Shown: piece by piece, positions 10,847 to 21,002 of the stretch
How the letters are laid out: each line of letters opens with the position of its first letter
Numbering within the stretch: the first letter of the stretch is position 1
Source: an uncultured Collinsella sp.
Lineage (GTDB): Bacteria; Actinomycetota; Coriobacteriia; Coriobacteriales; Coriobacteriaceae
Length of the DNA: 64,000 bases
Direction: 5' to 3'
NCBI GenBank assembly: GCA_959018755.1
Contig: CAUEMA010000004.1
Location: 12,919 to 76,918 of the forward strand
Program-made: the position numbers and the translations under genes
The notes under the pieces: generated by a model
What the model was told of the DNA's origin: nothing
The model's input: the letters and a program-made list of their open reading frames with translations, nothing else
Databases searched by the model: none

Positions 10847-10847
10847 C

Positions 10848-10873
10848 GTGGCAAAGGAACGGTCCTTTGTCGC
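10848..10873. repeat. REP-like palindrome family B
   Basis: gtggcaaagga-acgg-tcctttgtcgc; related to copies at 12477, 40722 and 44448. Confidence 0.65.
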
Positions 10874-10891
10874 ATTGAGCGGCTTGTGAAT

Positions 10892-11075
10892 TCGAGGTCT
10901 AATACTTTTCCGAGAAGTGAACGAGTGAAAATAGACCCCCGAAGCATCGGCGCTTTTGTGATGCAATTTCCTGCGGTTTTGCCAGTCAAATCCTGCGGTT
11001 TTGGCGCCAGAAAATGTCGATGCTTCAGGGGCCCAAAAACGGTCGTTCACTTCTCGGAAAAGTATTAGACCTCGA
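10892..11075. mobile_element. MITE-like 184-bp element, copy 1
   Basis: Perfect 33-bp terminal inverted repeats (10892-10924 / 11043-11075); homologous copy at 24805-24989; non-coding. Confidence 0.65.
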
Positions 11076-11117
11076 GATATAGACGATGTTCGCGAGCGGC
11101 AATTAGATCGAAAGCCT

Positions 11118-12251
11118 TTAGTTCTTCTTTGCAGAGAGCATGAGCCTAATTTCCGGATGGGTGTATTCGTCGAATTCTTCTGCGGCCTCGGTGTCAAAGG
11201 TGTAGTACGACTTGATAGATTCGTCCTCCGTCTTGATGCTGATTTCTTCATATAGGGAGCCAGCTAAAAATGTCTGTTTAAATTCATCCGACAGGCTGCA
11301 TGGCGTGAGGAGGCCCGGTGTGGCAACGGAAATGTCCAACCCGTTGAGCGGGGCGCAGAGCGTCGCGATATCCTGCTCGGCGCGGGCGAGGTTGTCTGCG
11401 AGGCTTGCCTCGGGGTCGATCTGACTGACGTAATCGACGTCCGTGAGCATGCCGTCTGCATCAAAAGAAAGGTAGACATAGGCAGCTTGAGCGCCAAGGT
11501 CATTGTCGCGCAGATAGCCGATAACGCGGTAGCCGTAGTCGTGATACGACTCGTATGGGTCGTCTGCCGCGACGCGTTCGCACACGGGCTCCAAGGCATC
11601 TTGCGCGATGGCGAGCTGCTCGGCGGCTGCAGCCTTTCTTGCCTGAAGCTCGTTATTTCCCTGGACAAACTGCGGGATGTAGACGCCAAGCAGCACAATG
11701 GCGGGCACTGCGATGAGCACGATAATCTGTTTCTTGGCGCTCGGAATCACAACGCCGTATGCGGCCGCCATGGCCTCGGCATTGCTCGAGGTTTCGGCCA
11801 GCACGTCTGCCGCCGTGGCGACTGCCCCTACGGCGCCGGCGACCTCCGCGGCGCCGCCCAGGTTGCGCGCGAGATCGTTATCACTGTTCTTGAGCAGGTG
11901 GCCGGCAGCTTGCGTGGCGAGCACACCGGCGACCTCCGCGGAGCGGTCTTTGTTGGTCTGGGCCACCGCAAGCCTGCCCTGCAGCTCCTTCCACTGTTTG
12001 CCCTGCATTCCAAAGCGCGGCGCAAGAGCGCAATAGCAAAAGATGGCGAGTTCGATTGCGGTGAGTGCGATGGCGGTATATATGCCCGCGGGTTGGAATT
12101 CCTTTTGATGGAACGCGATATCGTTGATCATTTGGAGCGGCAACATCAATAGGCATGCTACGAACGACATGACGAGTGCGGTCGCTGCGATTTTGGGGTA
12201 TGTGCAGTACCGCTGGATGCGTTTCTTTTCTTGCTCGGTGAGCTGCTGCAT
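11118..12251 (-). CDS. Hypothetical membrane protein
   Basis: About 377 aa with roughly three TM segments and an acidic C-terminal domain; GAG RBS; no family recognised. Confidence 0.75.
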   Translation of the reverse strand: MQQLTEQEKKRIQRYCTYPKIAATALVMSFVACLLMLPLQMINDIAFHQKEFQPAGIYTAIALTAIELAIFCYCALAPRFGMQGKQWKELQGRLAVAQTNKDRSAEVAGVLATQAAGHLLKNSDNDLARNLGGAAEVAGAVGAVATAADVLAETSSNAEAMAAAYGVVIPSAKKQIIVLIAVPAIVLLGVYIPQFVQGNNELQARKAAAAEQLAIAQDALEPVCERVAADDPYESYHDYGYRVIGYLRDNDLGAQAAYVYLSFDADGMLTDVDYVSQIDPEASLADNLARAEQDIATLCAPLNGLDISVATPGLLTPCSLSDEFKQTFLAGSLYEEISIKTEDESIKSYYTFDTEAAEEFDEYTHPEIRLMLSAKKN

Positions 12252-12476
12252 GGGGCCTCGACTCTCATCGTTTTTCGGGGGCGATGCGCACACGCTCTTG
12301 AGTATAGATGAGTGGAGGATGTCTGTTGTTCATACATGGCGGTCAACAGCGTGCTGTTGGTGCTCGCTTGATCGTGGGCGCCATTCACCTTCGTTGCACA
12401 GCGACGACTGGTTGGCTGGTTGGCGTCAAGTAACCGCCTCCGCCTTGTGGGCCGCCTCAAGGACAAGGCATAATGC

Positions 12477-12507
12477 ATGTGACAAAGGGGCAGTCCCTTT
12501 GCCGCAT
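12477..12507. repeat. REP-like palindrome family B
   Basis: atgtgacaaaggg-gcagt-ccctttgccgcat. Confidence 0.65.
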
Positions 12508-12521
12508 TGATCTGAGAGTAG

Positions 12522-13481
12522 ATGTTGATGATTCTATCGTTGGCCCCCATGGAGGGGATTACCGGGCATGTGTTCCGTCGCGTGCATGCGGAGTGCTTCG
12601 GCGCACTCGATTGCTATTACACGCCGTTTTTGCCGCCGCCGCGGGTGGGCAACCGCTTTGGCGGCAAGGCGTTTAAGGAGATCGATCCTGCCAATAACCA
12701 GGGGCTTAACGTAGTGCCTCAGCTGATGTCCAAGAACGCGGACGAGTTTGTGTGGGCGGCACAGGTGCTCGCCGACATGGGCTATCGCGAGGTCAATCTC
12801 AACTTGGGTTGCCCCTCGGGGACGGTTGTCGCCAAGGGCAAGGGCTCGGGTTTCTTGCGTAATCTCGACGAACTTGAGGTGTTCTTGAGCGACGTGTGCG
12901 AACGCTCGCCGTTGCCGGTATCGGTCAAGACCAGGCTGGGGCTGGAGAGCGATGACGAGTATGAGCGCGTGCTCGATCTGTATTGCCGCATACCGTTGGC
13001 AGAGCTGATCGTGCACCCGCGCGTGCAAAAGGACCGCTATACGGGCACGCCGCGCAAGGAGTTCTATGGCGAAACGCTGGAGCGCGCGCCGTTTCCGGTC
13101 GCCTATAACGGTGACATTTTTGATCTTGAGGATATGGACGCGCTGGTGGAGGCCTATCCCGGCACGCGCCATGTGATGTTGGGGCGTGGCCTGCTCGCGA
13201 ACCCCGCGCTGGCTCGCATGGTCAAGGGCGGCCCAGCTGCAACGGCTGCTGAGCTGCAGCGCTTCCACGACACGCTGTTTGCGGCATATGCAGAAGAGAT
13301 TGGCGGCAATGCGGTCTTCCGCATGAAGGAGTGGTGGTTCTACGCCAAGTGCGCTTTCGCTGATCCCGCTACCGTCCACAAGATCGTGCGCAAGACCAAA
13401 AAGGTTGACGAATACCGCGCCGCCGTCGAGCGCGTCTTTCGCGAGCAGCCACTTGCACCCATAGCCCGCTTCCACGGCTAG
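12522..13481 (+). CDS. dus: tRNA-dihydrouridine synthase family protein
   Basis: LAPMEG, NLNLGCP, GKGSG, SVKTRLG, YNGDI and MLGRG motifs. Confidence 0.9.
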   Translation: MLMILSLAPMEGITGHVFRRVHAECFGALDCYYTPFLPPPRVGNRFGGKAFKEIDPANNQGLNVVPQLMSKNADEFVWAAQVLADMGYREVNLNLGCPSGTVVAKGKGSGFLRNLDELEVFLSDVCERSPLPVSVKTRLGLESDDEYERVLDLYCRIPLAELIVHPRVQKDRYTGTPRKEFYGETLERAPFPVAYNGDIFDLEDMDALVEAYPGTRHVMLGRGLLANPALARMVKGGPAATAAELQRFHDTLFAAYAEEIGGNAVFRMKEWWFYAKCAFADPATVHKIVRKTKKVDEYRAAVERVFREQPLAPIARFHG

Positions 13482-13482
13482 T

Positions 13483-13538
13483 TAGTCGTCGGGGACGTTC
13501 TTTAACGACTAGTCATTTAAGAACGTCCCCGATGACTA
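13483..13538. repeat. REP-like palindrome family A (two 27-bp units)
   Basis: agtcgtcggggacgttctttaacgact|agtcatttaagaacgtccccgatgact, between convergent genes. Confidence 0.85.
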
Positions 13539-13545
13539 TGCTGCA

Positions 13546-13791
13546 CTAGAGCAGGTTCTCCTGTACCCACGTGATGATGTCACTCGATTCGTAGAGCGGC
13601 TTGCCGTCGATGAACAGGCAGGGAACCTGGCGTTTTCCGCCGACGGCGATGAGCGTCTGCTCGGCATCGGGGTCGGTCGAGATGTTGCGCTCAGGGATGG
13701 TCACGCCGTTATCGGCCAAAAAGCGCTTGACCTTTATGCAATACGGGCAGCCGGTCATAACGTACAGAGCGAGCTCGTGATCAGTAGCCAT
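13546..13791 (-). CDS. Glutaredoxin
   Basis: CPYC active site, QVPCLFIDG, YESSDI. Confidence 0.9.
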   Translation of the reverse strand: MATDHELALYVMTGCPYCIKVKRFLADNGVTIPERNISTDPDAEQTLIAVGGKRQVPCLFIDGKPLYESSDIITWVQENLL

Positions 13792-13842
13792 AGGTCTCCA
13801 ATCGGTTGAGGTTTTGATTGAAATACCCAAAGCTGCCGCGGT

Positions 13843-14670
13843 CTATGCGCGCGTCAACGACGACTCGATGGCCTGCACCAGAAACGCCGTGGCTCCGGTG
13901 CCGCAGGGCTTGTCGTAGTAGTCAACAAAGCGCTGGTCGGCAAGATAGCCGTGGGCGAGGCCCAGGTACGCCTCGTCTTGGGGCTCGCATCCCCAGTTGA
14001 GAGCAATCCAGCGACGATGCATCGCGACAAGCTTACGAGCCTCGTTGCTCTCTGGGTCGCCAATGCCCATGGCAATCGAAAGCTGGCCCAGAACAGCGCG
14101 TTCAAGTTCCTTCATGTCGTTCCATGTCTCGGGGTCCATGTCCAGCAGCGTTTCGTTTGCCGCATCGATGGCCTCATCGCCATAGCGCGCCCGCGCTTCG
14201 GCGCCGTAGCGCTCCTCGTTTTCCTGCACGGTGCGCCAGCGCTCCAGTTGCGGCAGGACGGCGCCCATGAGCGAGACAGCTTCGTCGAGCGACATACCGG
14301 TGTTTTGTGCCAGGCGCGGGGCACAATCCTCAATCATTGCCTCCATGGTGGTCTCGTAGGTGTACTTGCCGTGGTCGTAGCACCACTTGCAGTAATGATT
14401 GGTCGCGGTGCCCGTGGCATCGGTGCCGCAGTCGTCGGGCGTGAGTATCATGCCGCAGCTCTGGCAATAGTGCTCGGGCATTTCGAGCAGGTGGGACAGC
14501 GGTTCTCCGGTTACGGCGGCGATGAGCTTCATCATGTCGATGCCCGGGGTGACCTCGCCGCGCTCCCAGCGGCTGATGGCCTGGCGTGTGACGAAGAGCT
14601 TAGCGGCAAGCTGCTCTTGGGTAAGGTGATGGGCGCGACGGACAGCAATGAGCTTTTCTGCAAAGGCCAT
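13843..14670 (-). CDS. XRE HTH + zinc ribbon + TipAS-domain regulator
   Basis: LTQEQLA...VTRQAISRWERG HTH; CQSCGM and YCKWC zinc ribbon; EARARYGD...YLADQRFVDYYD is TipAS-like. Confidence 0.8.
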   Translation of the reverse strand: MAFAEKLIAVRRAHHLTQEQLAAKLFVTRQAISRWERGEVTPGIDMMKLIAAVTGEPLSHLLEMPEHYCQSCGMILTPDDCGTDATGTATNHYCKWCYDHGKYTYETTMEAMIEDCAPRLAQNTGMSLDEAVSLMGAVLPQLERWRTVQENEERYGAEARARYGDEAIDAANETLLDMDPETWNDMKELERAVLGQLSIAMGIGDPESNEARKLVAMHRRWIALNWGCEPQDEAYLGLAHGYLADQRFVDYYDKPCGTGATAFLVQAIESSLTRA

Positions 14671-14811
14671 AGCGGCTCCTTTCTGCTGGTTGATGGCTTA
14701 AGCATACGCGGCAGCAGGCACCCTTCCAAGCAACCGTTGGTTGCACGACGGGAAACCGCGGCGAAGAATTGCGCGCAACGCCCCACGCCTCCATGCCGTA
14801 CAATGGCCGGC

Positions 14812-15549
14812 ATGGAACCTATTGCACACATACATACCGACCTGCCGCAGAAGTTCGGCATTCCGCGCAACAGCTTTTTGGCACCCCATCTGCAGGGACG
14901 CATCGTCTTTGAACCGGAATTTGCCTCCAACGCAGCAGTTGAGGGCCTGGATTCCTTCTCTCACTTATGGCTGCTGTGGCGCTTCGAAAACGGAACGCCC
15001 GGCGGCACGGCTAAGGACATAGCTGCCGATGCCAAGTCGCAGGACAGGTCCGGCACCAACGTCAAGTGGTCGAAAACCGTGCGCCCGCCGCGTTTGGGTG
15101 GAGCCGAGCGCGTGGGCGTGTTTGCCACGCGCAGTCCGTTTCGCCCTAATCCCATCGGTCTCACCTGCGTCAAGCTCGATCGTGTCGAGTTCACCGATGA
15201 TGGCCCCATCATTCATGCGCTGGGGGCCGACCTGCGCGACGGCACGCCCATCTACGACATTAAGCCCTACATTCCGTTTGCGGACTGTCACCCGGATGCA
15301 ACGGGCGGCTGGATTGAGGATGCTCCGTGGCAAGAGCTCGATGTTGAGTTCCCGCAGGCTCTTCAAGACATGGTCCCGCCCGCAAAGCTCCCCGGTCTGG
15401 TCGAGGTTCTTCGCCAAGATCCGCGCCGCGCGGGCAGCAAGCACGAGCCAAACCGCGTCTATCATCTGGCCTTCGCCGGGCTTGACATATCTTTTACGGT
15501 CGATAAAACCCAGCTAACCGTGGTCGCCGTCAACGACGCGCAAGACTAA
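14812..15549 (+). CDS. trmO: tRNA t6A37 N6-methyltransferase TrmO (TsaA)
   Basis: KFGIPR, VRPPRLGG, GVFATRSPFRPNPIG, DGTPIYDIKPY, QDPR motifs. Confidence 0.9.
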   Translation: MEPIAHIHTDLPQKFGIPRNSFLAPHLQGRIVFEPEFASNAAVEGLDSFSHLWLLWRFENGTPGGTAKDIAADAKSQDRSGTNVKWSKTVRPPRLGGAERVGVFATRSPFRPNPIGLTCVKLDRVEFTDDGPIIHALGADLRDGTPIYDIKPYIPFADCHPDATGGWIEDAPWQELDVEFPQALQDMVPPAKLPGLVEVLRQDPRRAGSKHEPNRVYHLAFAGLDISFTVDKTQLTVVAVNDAQD

Positions 15550-15660
15550 CCAGCCATTCGTCCGCACCCGTCAAATTAAGCGCCAAACCCCATGCCAAAA
15601 TCGCCCGTGCTGGTGGACAATAACGCCTACCAAAACAATCACTTTGCACGGGAGTTCAGC

Positions 15661-16875
15661 ATGAAATACGACTTTAGCTCGCTTATCGACCGCCACGGCA
15701 TGGACTCCATCGCCGTTGACTCTTGGGGCGAGATCCCCGGCATGGCTCCGAACGCACCCGACGAGGGCTTCGACCGCATTCCCATGTGGGTGGCCGACAT
15801 GAATTTCGCCACGGTGCCCACGGTCCAGGAGCACATCATTCAGCGCGCTCAGCATCCCATGTTTGGCTACTTTAACCCGCGCGCCGAGTACTTCGACCGC
15901 ATCATCGAATGGCAGAGCCGCCGCAATGGCGTCGAGGGCCTGCGCCCTGAACATATCGGCTACGAAAACGGCGTGCTGGGCGGTGTCGTGTCGACGCTGC
16001 GCGCGTATGTCCAGCCGGGCGATGCAGTGCTGGTCCATAGCCCCACCTACATTGGTTTTACCAAGTCCATCGAAGCTGCGGGCTATCGCATTGTCCACAG
16101 CCCGCTTAAACTCGACGACCAGGGCGTGTGGCGCATGGACTTTGAGGACATGGAGTGCAAACTCGCCCAAAACCACATCCATGCCGCGGTGTTCTGCTCA
16201 CCGCACAATCCCTGCGGCCGCGTATGGGAGCGTGACGAGATCGAGCGCGCCATGGACATCTACCGCCAGCACGATTGCGTGGTGATCTCGGACGAGATTT
16301 GGTCCGATATCATCCTGCCGGGACACAAGCATATTCCGACGCAGTCGGTAAGCGAGGACGCCCGCATGCGCACGGTTGCCCTCTATGCGCCCAGCAAGAC
16401 GTTCAACCTGGCGGGCCTGGTCGGCAGCTACCACATCATCTATAACGAGACGCTGCGCGACCGCGTGTGCGCCGTGTCCGACAAGACCCACTACAACGAG
16501 ATGAACGTCCTCTCTATGCATGCGCTTATCGGTGCCTACCAGCCGCAGGGCTACGAGTGGGTGGACGAGCTCAACCAGGTGCTTGCCGGCAATATCGAGT
16601 ACTTCTGCAATTACGTGGACGAGCATTTTGAGGGCGTGTCCTATTCGCGTCCGCAGGGCACGTACATGGTGTTTCTGGACTGCACCGAGTGGTGCCGCGA
16701 GCATGGCCGCGATATTCAGTGGCTGCTCGACGAGGGGGCGCGCGTAGGCGTGGGATATCAGGACGGCCGCCCGTTCCACGGGCCCTGCCACATTCGCGTG
16801 AATCTGGCGCTGCCGCTTTCGCGCGTAAGGGAAGCGTGCGACCGCCTGGACCGCTACGTTTTTAATGCACGGTAA
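15661..16875 (+). CDS. MalY/PatB-family PLP enzyme (cystathionine beta-lyase-like)
   Basis: PMWVADMNF, CSPHNP, ISDEIW, APSKTFNLAG. Confidence 0.9.
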   Translation: MKYDFSSLIDRHGMDSIAVDSWGEIPGMAPNAPDEGFDRIPMWVADMNFATVPTVQEHIIQRAQHPMFGYFNPRAEYFDRIIEWQSRRNGVEGLRPEHIGYENGVLGGVVSTLRAYVQPGDAVLVHSPTYIGFTKSIEAAGYRIVHSPLKLDDQGVWRMDFEDMECKLAQNHIHAAVFCSPHNPCGRVWERDEIERAMDIYRQHDCVVISDEIWSDIILPGHKHIPTQSVSEDARMRTVALYAPSKTFNLAGLVGSYHIIYNETLRDRVCAVSDKTHYNEMNVLSMHALIGAYQPQGYEWVDELNQVLAGNIEYFCNYVDEHFEGVSYSRPQGTYMVFLDCTEWCREHGRDIQWLLDEGARVGVGYQDGRPFHGPCHIRVNLALPLSRVREACDRLDRYVFNAR

Positions 16876-16970
16876 GTGAGCACTGCATGCGGGGTCTTCT
16901 GCCAAGTCGGCTGGAAGGCCCCGTGTGGTAAGGCATCTGTAACCATTGGGCGCAGACCTGCTGCGGAGGT

Positions 16971-17450
16971 TTATTTTTCCTGAATCTGCTTGCCGCAAAG
17001 ATGCTCAATCGAAATCTCGTAGAGTTGGACGCCCTTGATGTCTTTGGCGATTTCCTCCTCGACTTCTTCGGCAGAAGGGTAGTACTTAAGCGCGAGCTGG
17101 CGGACTTTGTCCTCGATAAACGCGGGGGTGTCATTCGCCAGGCGACAGCGGCCAAAGACCACGGTGCTCATAACGTAGGGAGCCCAGTCATCGTCCTGGT
17201 ACCACTCGTTGCCGTAAACGGTAAAGCAGACCTTGTCATCGCGCTTGAGTGCGTCGACCTTGTGGCCGGCCTTGGCGCCATGGAAATAAATCTTGTCGTG
17301 CTCGGCGTCAAAGAAGTAGTTGACGGGAATGGCGTACGGGTAGCCATCGTCGCCGTTGACGGCAAAGACGCCGCGCTTGCAGGTAGCGAGCAGTTCGCGC
17401 GCTTCTTCGTCGGTGATGGCGCGCTTCTTTCGACGTAAGGGCCTAAACAT
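16971..17450 (-). CDS. Pyridoxamine 5'-phosphate oxidase-like / NimA-like flavin-binding protein
   Basis: YPYAIPVNY, IYFHGAKAGHK, KVCFTV, STVVFG. Confidence 0.85.
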   Translation of the reverse strand: MFRPLRRKKRAITDEEARELLATCKRGVFAVNGDDGYPYAIPVNYFFDAEHDKIYFHGAKAGHKVDALKRDDKVCFTVYGNEWYQDDDWAPYVMSTVVFGRCRLANDTPAFIEDKVRQLALKYYPSAEEVEEEIAKDIKGVQLYEISIEHLCGKQIQEK

Positions 17451-17492
17451 CGTTGGCTTCCTTTCTGGTCGTGCGTGGTGGTTGAGCACAAA

Positions 17493-20303
17493 CTATAGCG
17501 AAACGGATCCGTTTTTCTTGATGCGGGCGAGCATGTTTTTGAGCTTGTTAAAGTCGAGCGGTTTGGACAGATGGGCGTTCATACCGGCGTCGTGTGCCGC
17601 CTTGGCGTCCTCGGCAAAGGCATTGGCGGTGAGCGCGATGATGGGGATATCGGCTGCATCGATCTTCTCGCTCAGACGAATCGCGCGGGTCGCCTCGTAA
17701 CCATCCATTCCCGGCATCATGATGTCCATCAGAATCGCATCGAAGCTGCCGGCGGGACGGCCAACGTATAGGTCGACCGCTTCGTTGCCATCGGCGGCGC
17801 GAGTTACGACAATGCCTTCGCTTTCGAGCAGCGCCTGGGCAATCTCGGCATTCAATTCGTTGTCTTCGGCGAGCAGCACGTTCATGTCGGCGAGCGAGCA
17901 GTCGAGCGCCCTCTCGACCGTATCTGCCCGCGTCTGAGGGTTCTTGTCGATATCGAGCGGAATCTGGACGTTGAACGTACTTCCCACGTCAACCTCACTC
18001 GAAATCTCAATCGTACCGCCCATCAGTTCAATAAGCGACTTGACGATTGGCATGCCCATGCCGGTTCCTTGGAACCTGCTGCGCGCATCGTCGCCTTCTT
18101 GGGCAAACGGCTCATAGATATGCTTTAAAAACTTGGGAGTCATGCCAATGCCGGTATCCGAAACGCTAAAGCAAAAGAGCGCGCGCCCGTTATCGAGTGG
18201 CTTGGTCTTTGAACTAAAGGTGACGGAGCCGCCGTGCTTGTTGTACTTAATGCTGTTGTCTAACAGGTTGATCATGATCTGTCGGATATGGGTGGGACTG
18301 CCGATCATGTATGGCCCCGTGGCGTACGGCAGACTATTGTCCTGCATGGTGATGCCGTTACTGGACGCGCGGAGCTTGCACAGCACCAGCGTATTGTCAC
18401 AGAGCTCTTTGAGGTTAAAAGGCGTATGCTCCAGTGTTAGCTTGCGGTCTTCGATTTTGCCCATCTCGAGGATGTCGTTGATCAGCGAGAGCAGGTGATT
18501 GGCGGCAACGCGCGCCTTGGCACGGCTCTCGCGGGCGACCTGGATATCGCCTTCCTTCAATTCCTCGATCTCGATAAGGCCCAGGATACCGTTGAGCGGC
18601 GTTCGGATGTCGTGGCTCATGCGCGTGAGGAATGCCGTCTTAGCGGCGTTGGCAGCATCGGCTTTTTTGCGCTCGGTTCGAGCGCGTGCGAGCGCCCAGA
18701 TGAGCAGGACGATGCCGACCGACAACATACCGATGAGGGTAGCTGCAACGGCGGCACGGTTGCGATAAAGGAATTGAAGCGTGTTTGATTCCTGGGCCGT
18801 GTACGACGTGGAGGAGTAATTGCTTGCGGAGAGCGATTCTCCGGCATTGATGATGCCCTTGTTGATGATTCCCAGCAGCTCGGGCTTTCCGCGCGAAATC
18901 CAGCACGAGAGCTCACAGGTGTCAGGGAGCTCGACCGTCTCGTAGCCTTCGAGATCATGACGATCGCCGATGGTTTTTATGCGTGAGCTGGGAGCGACGA
19001 TGCAGTGCGCCGTTCCCTTCCTGAGGGCGTCGAACGCTTCATCGTCGGATTGGTATTCGGTCACGGTCGCTGTGGGGAACAGACTTTCAAGTACATTTTG
19101 GTTGACAAACGATGATTTGGTGCAGGCGATGTTCTGAAGGTCTTTGTTCAGATTGCCGTCGGTGTGGATGGCGGTGAGGGACACGGTCCCCAACGATACC
19201 GACTGCACAACGCCTGATTGCTCGGCAAACCAGTAATCTCGGTATACCGGCAGCGCAACGTCTATGCTTCCCTTTGACAGGGCCTTTGACATCATCTTGT
19301 AGCTATCAAAGGGGACGGTTTTGACCGTAATGCCAAATTAATCGTGCAGCGTCGTCGCAAGCGATGCGAGCGAGCCTTCCATTTCGCCGTTTTCGTCTTC
19401 GTTGCAGTAGGGGAGTTTGCCCGTAATGTAGCCGAGCGTGATGGTGTTGCCATTTGCTTTGAGCCAGGAACGTTCGGGGCCGTTGAGCGATGATGAACCG
19501 CTGCTTTGGGCCGAGTAGTTAGATTTGACTTCGTCGATATAGCGTGGGTTGACGCGGGCGATTGCCGACATGGCGGCATTGATGTCGTCCATCAGGTCGG
19601 GGCGGCTTTTGGGGACGGCAAAATAGTAGTCGCTCGAACCAATGTAGAACATGGGGGAGGCGCTGGGCGACGAGGTCGTGTCGTTCATGATGATGGCATC
19701 GACCTCGTTGTTTGCGAGCGCGTCAAAGAGGGCACTGCCAGTGTCGATTTCTTTATAGGTGCAGGTAATGCCTTCGTTGGCGAGCCACTGCTGGCCAACG
19801 AAGGTTTGCATGACGCCGGAGTTGCAACCGATAGTGAGACCCTGGAGCGCTTGGGGGTCACCCTTGGCCAGATCGTCGCGATCGGGCTTGGCGTAGATGT
19901 AGTAGCGCTCGGTGCCCTCGGGGTTCGAGGAAAAGAGCAGCTTTTGGGCGCGTTCCTCGGAGTAGGAGATGTTGGGCATGAGGTCGATTTCGCCTGCCTC
20001 GAGCATGTCCATAAGCTCGGTGAAGGTGCCGGAGATGTATTCGTACCGCCAGCCGGGCGTGTAGTACGACAGGGTCTGGAGGTACTCGTAACCCCATCCC
20101 GAGAGACGCTCGCCGGGGGTGCCGTCCTGGAAGCCCTCGTTGTTGACGAGCCAACCAACGCGGACCGTCTTGACTGGCTGGCTAGAGTCAGCGGCAAAAG
20201 CCTGGACAGGCGCGATAGAACTCAGCACGGCAAGCGCGGCGAGCACAATGGCCAGGGTGCGACATATAACTGAACGAAGGACAGTGGCAGCTCTCACATG
20301 CAA
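17493..20303 (-). pseudogene. Hybrid sensor kinase (two substrate-binding domains, HisKA, HATPase, REC) split by an in-frame TAA at 19338-19340
   Basis: The two ORFs are in the same frame (LHD-TAA-FGITVKTVPFDSYKMMSK); MSHDIRTPLNG and MDIMMPGMDG motifs. Confidence 0.85.
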
Positions 20304-20389
20304 TCCTAACGAATCGAGACATTACCGCATAAGGATACCAGCTCAGCCCGCCCAGTCGGCAGCTGCACCGCTAAACGCTCCCGCCCGGC

Positions 20390-20472
20390 AGTCATTGGGG
20401 ACGTTCTTAAACGACTAGTCATCGGGGACGTTCTTGTTTGACTAGTCATTTAAGAACGTCCCCAATGACTAG
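20390..20472. repeat. REP-like family A (three 27-bp units)
   Basis: Two direct units plus one inverted unit, joined at GACTAGTC. Confidence 0.85.
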
Positions 20473-20542
20473 TTCCGTTTGCGGGGGAGGCGTGGGACAA
20501 TACCGAGCGAACGTGATTGGGCGTCTGGGAAAAGGGGTCGCG

Positions 20543-20968
20543 ATGAAAAAGCTCAAGACGCTTGCTGACGTGTTACGCCAGGCGGGCTTCGTGCGCATTA
20601 CGGAGCTGTTCCTCGTCTTTTACCTGCTGTGCTCGACGGCCGTCTGGTTGTCCGAGCCTACGACCCTCACGTTTGGCGATGGGCTCTGGTTTAGCTTTGA
20701 GACGGTCTCGACGATCGGCTTTGGCGACATCCCGGCCGAGACACCGGTTGCCCGCGCTATTACCGTCGTCTTGAGCGTCATCAGCATCTTCTACATCGCC
20801 ATGCTCACGGGCGTGGCGGTGAACTACTGCAATACGCTTATCAAGATGCGTCAAAAGGACACCATGGCTCGTTTTATGGACGATCTTGAGCATTTGGAAG
20901 AGCTCGATCGTGACGAGCTCGCCGATCTGTCACGCCGCGTGCGCGAGTATCGTCGACGCCAGCGCTAA
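20543..20968 (+). CDS. Two-TM potassium channel family protein
   Basis: LWFSFETVSTIGFGD pore/selectivity filter. Confidence 0.9.
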   Translation: MKKLKTLADVLRQAGFVRITELFLVFYLLCSTAVWLSEPTTLTFGDGLWFSFETVSTIGFGDIPAETPVARAITVVLSVISIFYIAMLTGVAVNYCNTLIKMRQKDTMARFMDDLEHLEELDRDELADLSRRVREYRRRQR

Positions 20969-21002
20969 GACGAACGTCGTGCGCCACAACAGGGGGACAA
21001 AT

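Noticed and set aside
13951..15549. 532-aa ORF as a TrmO fusion
   Set aside because: The N-terminal part is antisense to the XRE-TipAS gene; TrmO homology starts at 14812.
16971..17450. nim metronidazole-resistance gene
   Set aside because: Only family-level similarity; this fold is widespread and no activating IS is present.
19338..19340. Programmed readthrough (Sec/Pyl)
   Set aside because: The codon is TAA, not TGA or TAG, and no recoding signal is evident.
20390..20472. Mini CRISPR array
   Set aside because: The 27-bp units abut with no spacers, one is inverted, and there are no cas genes.
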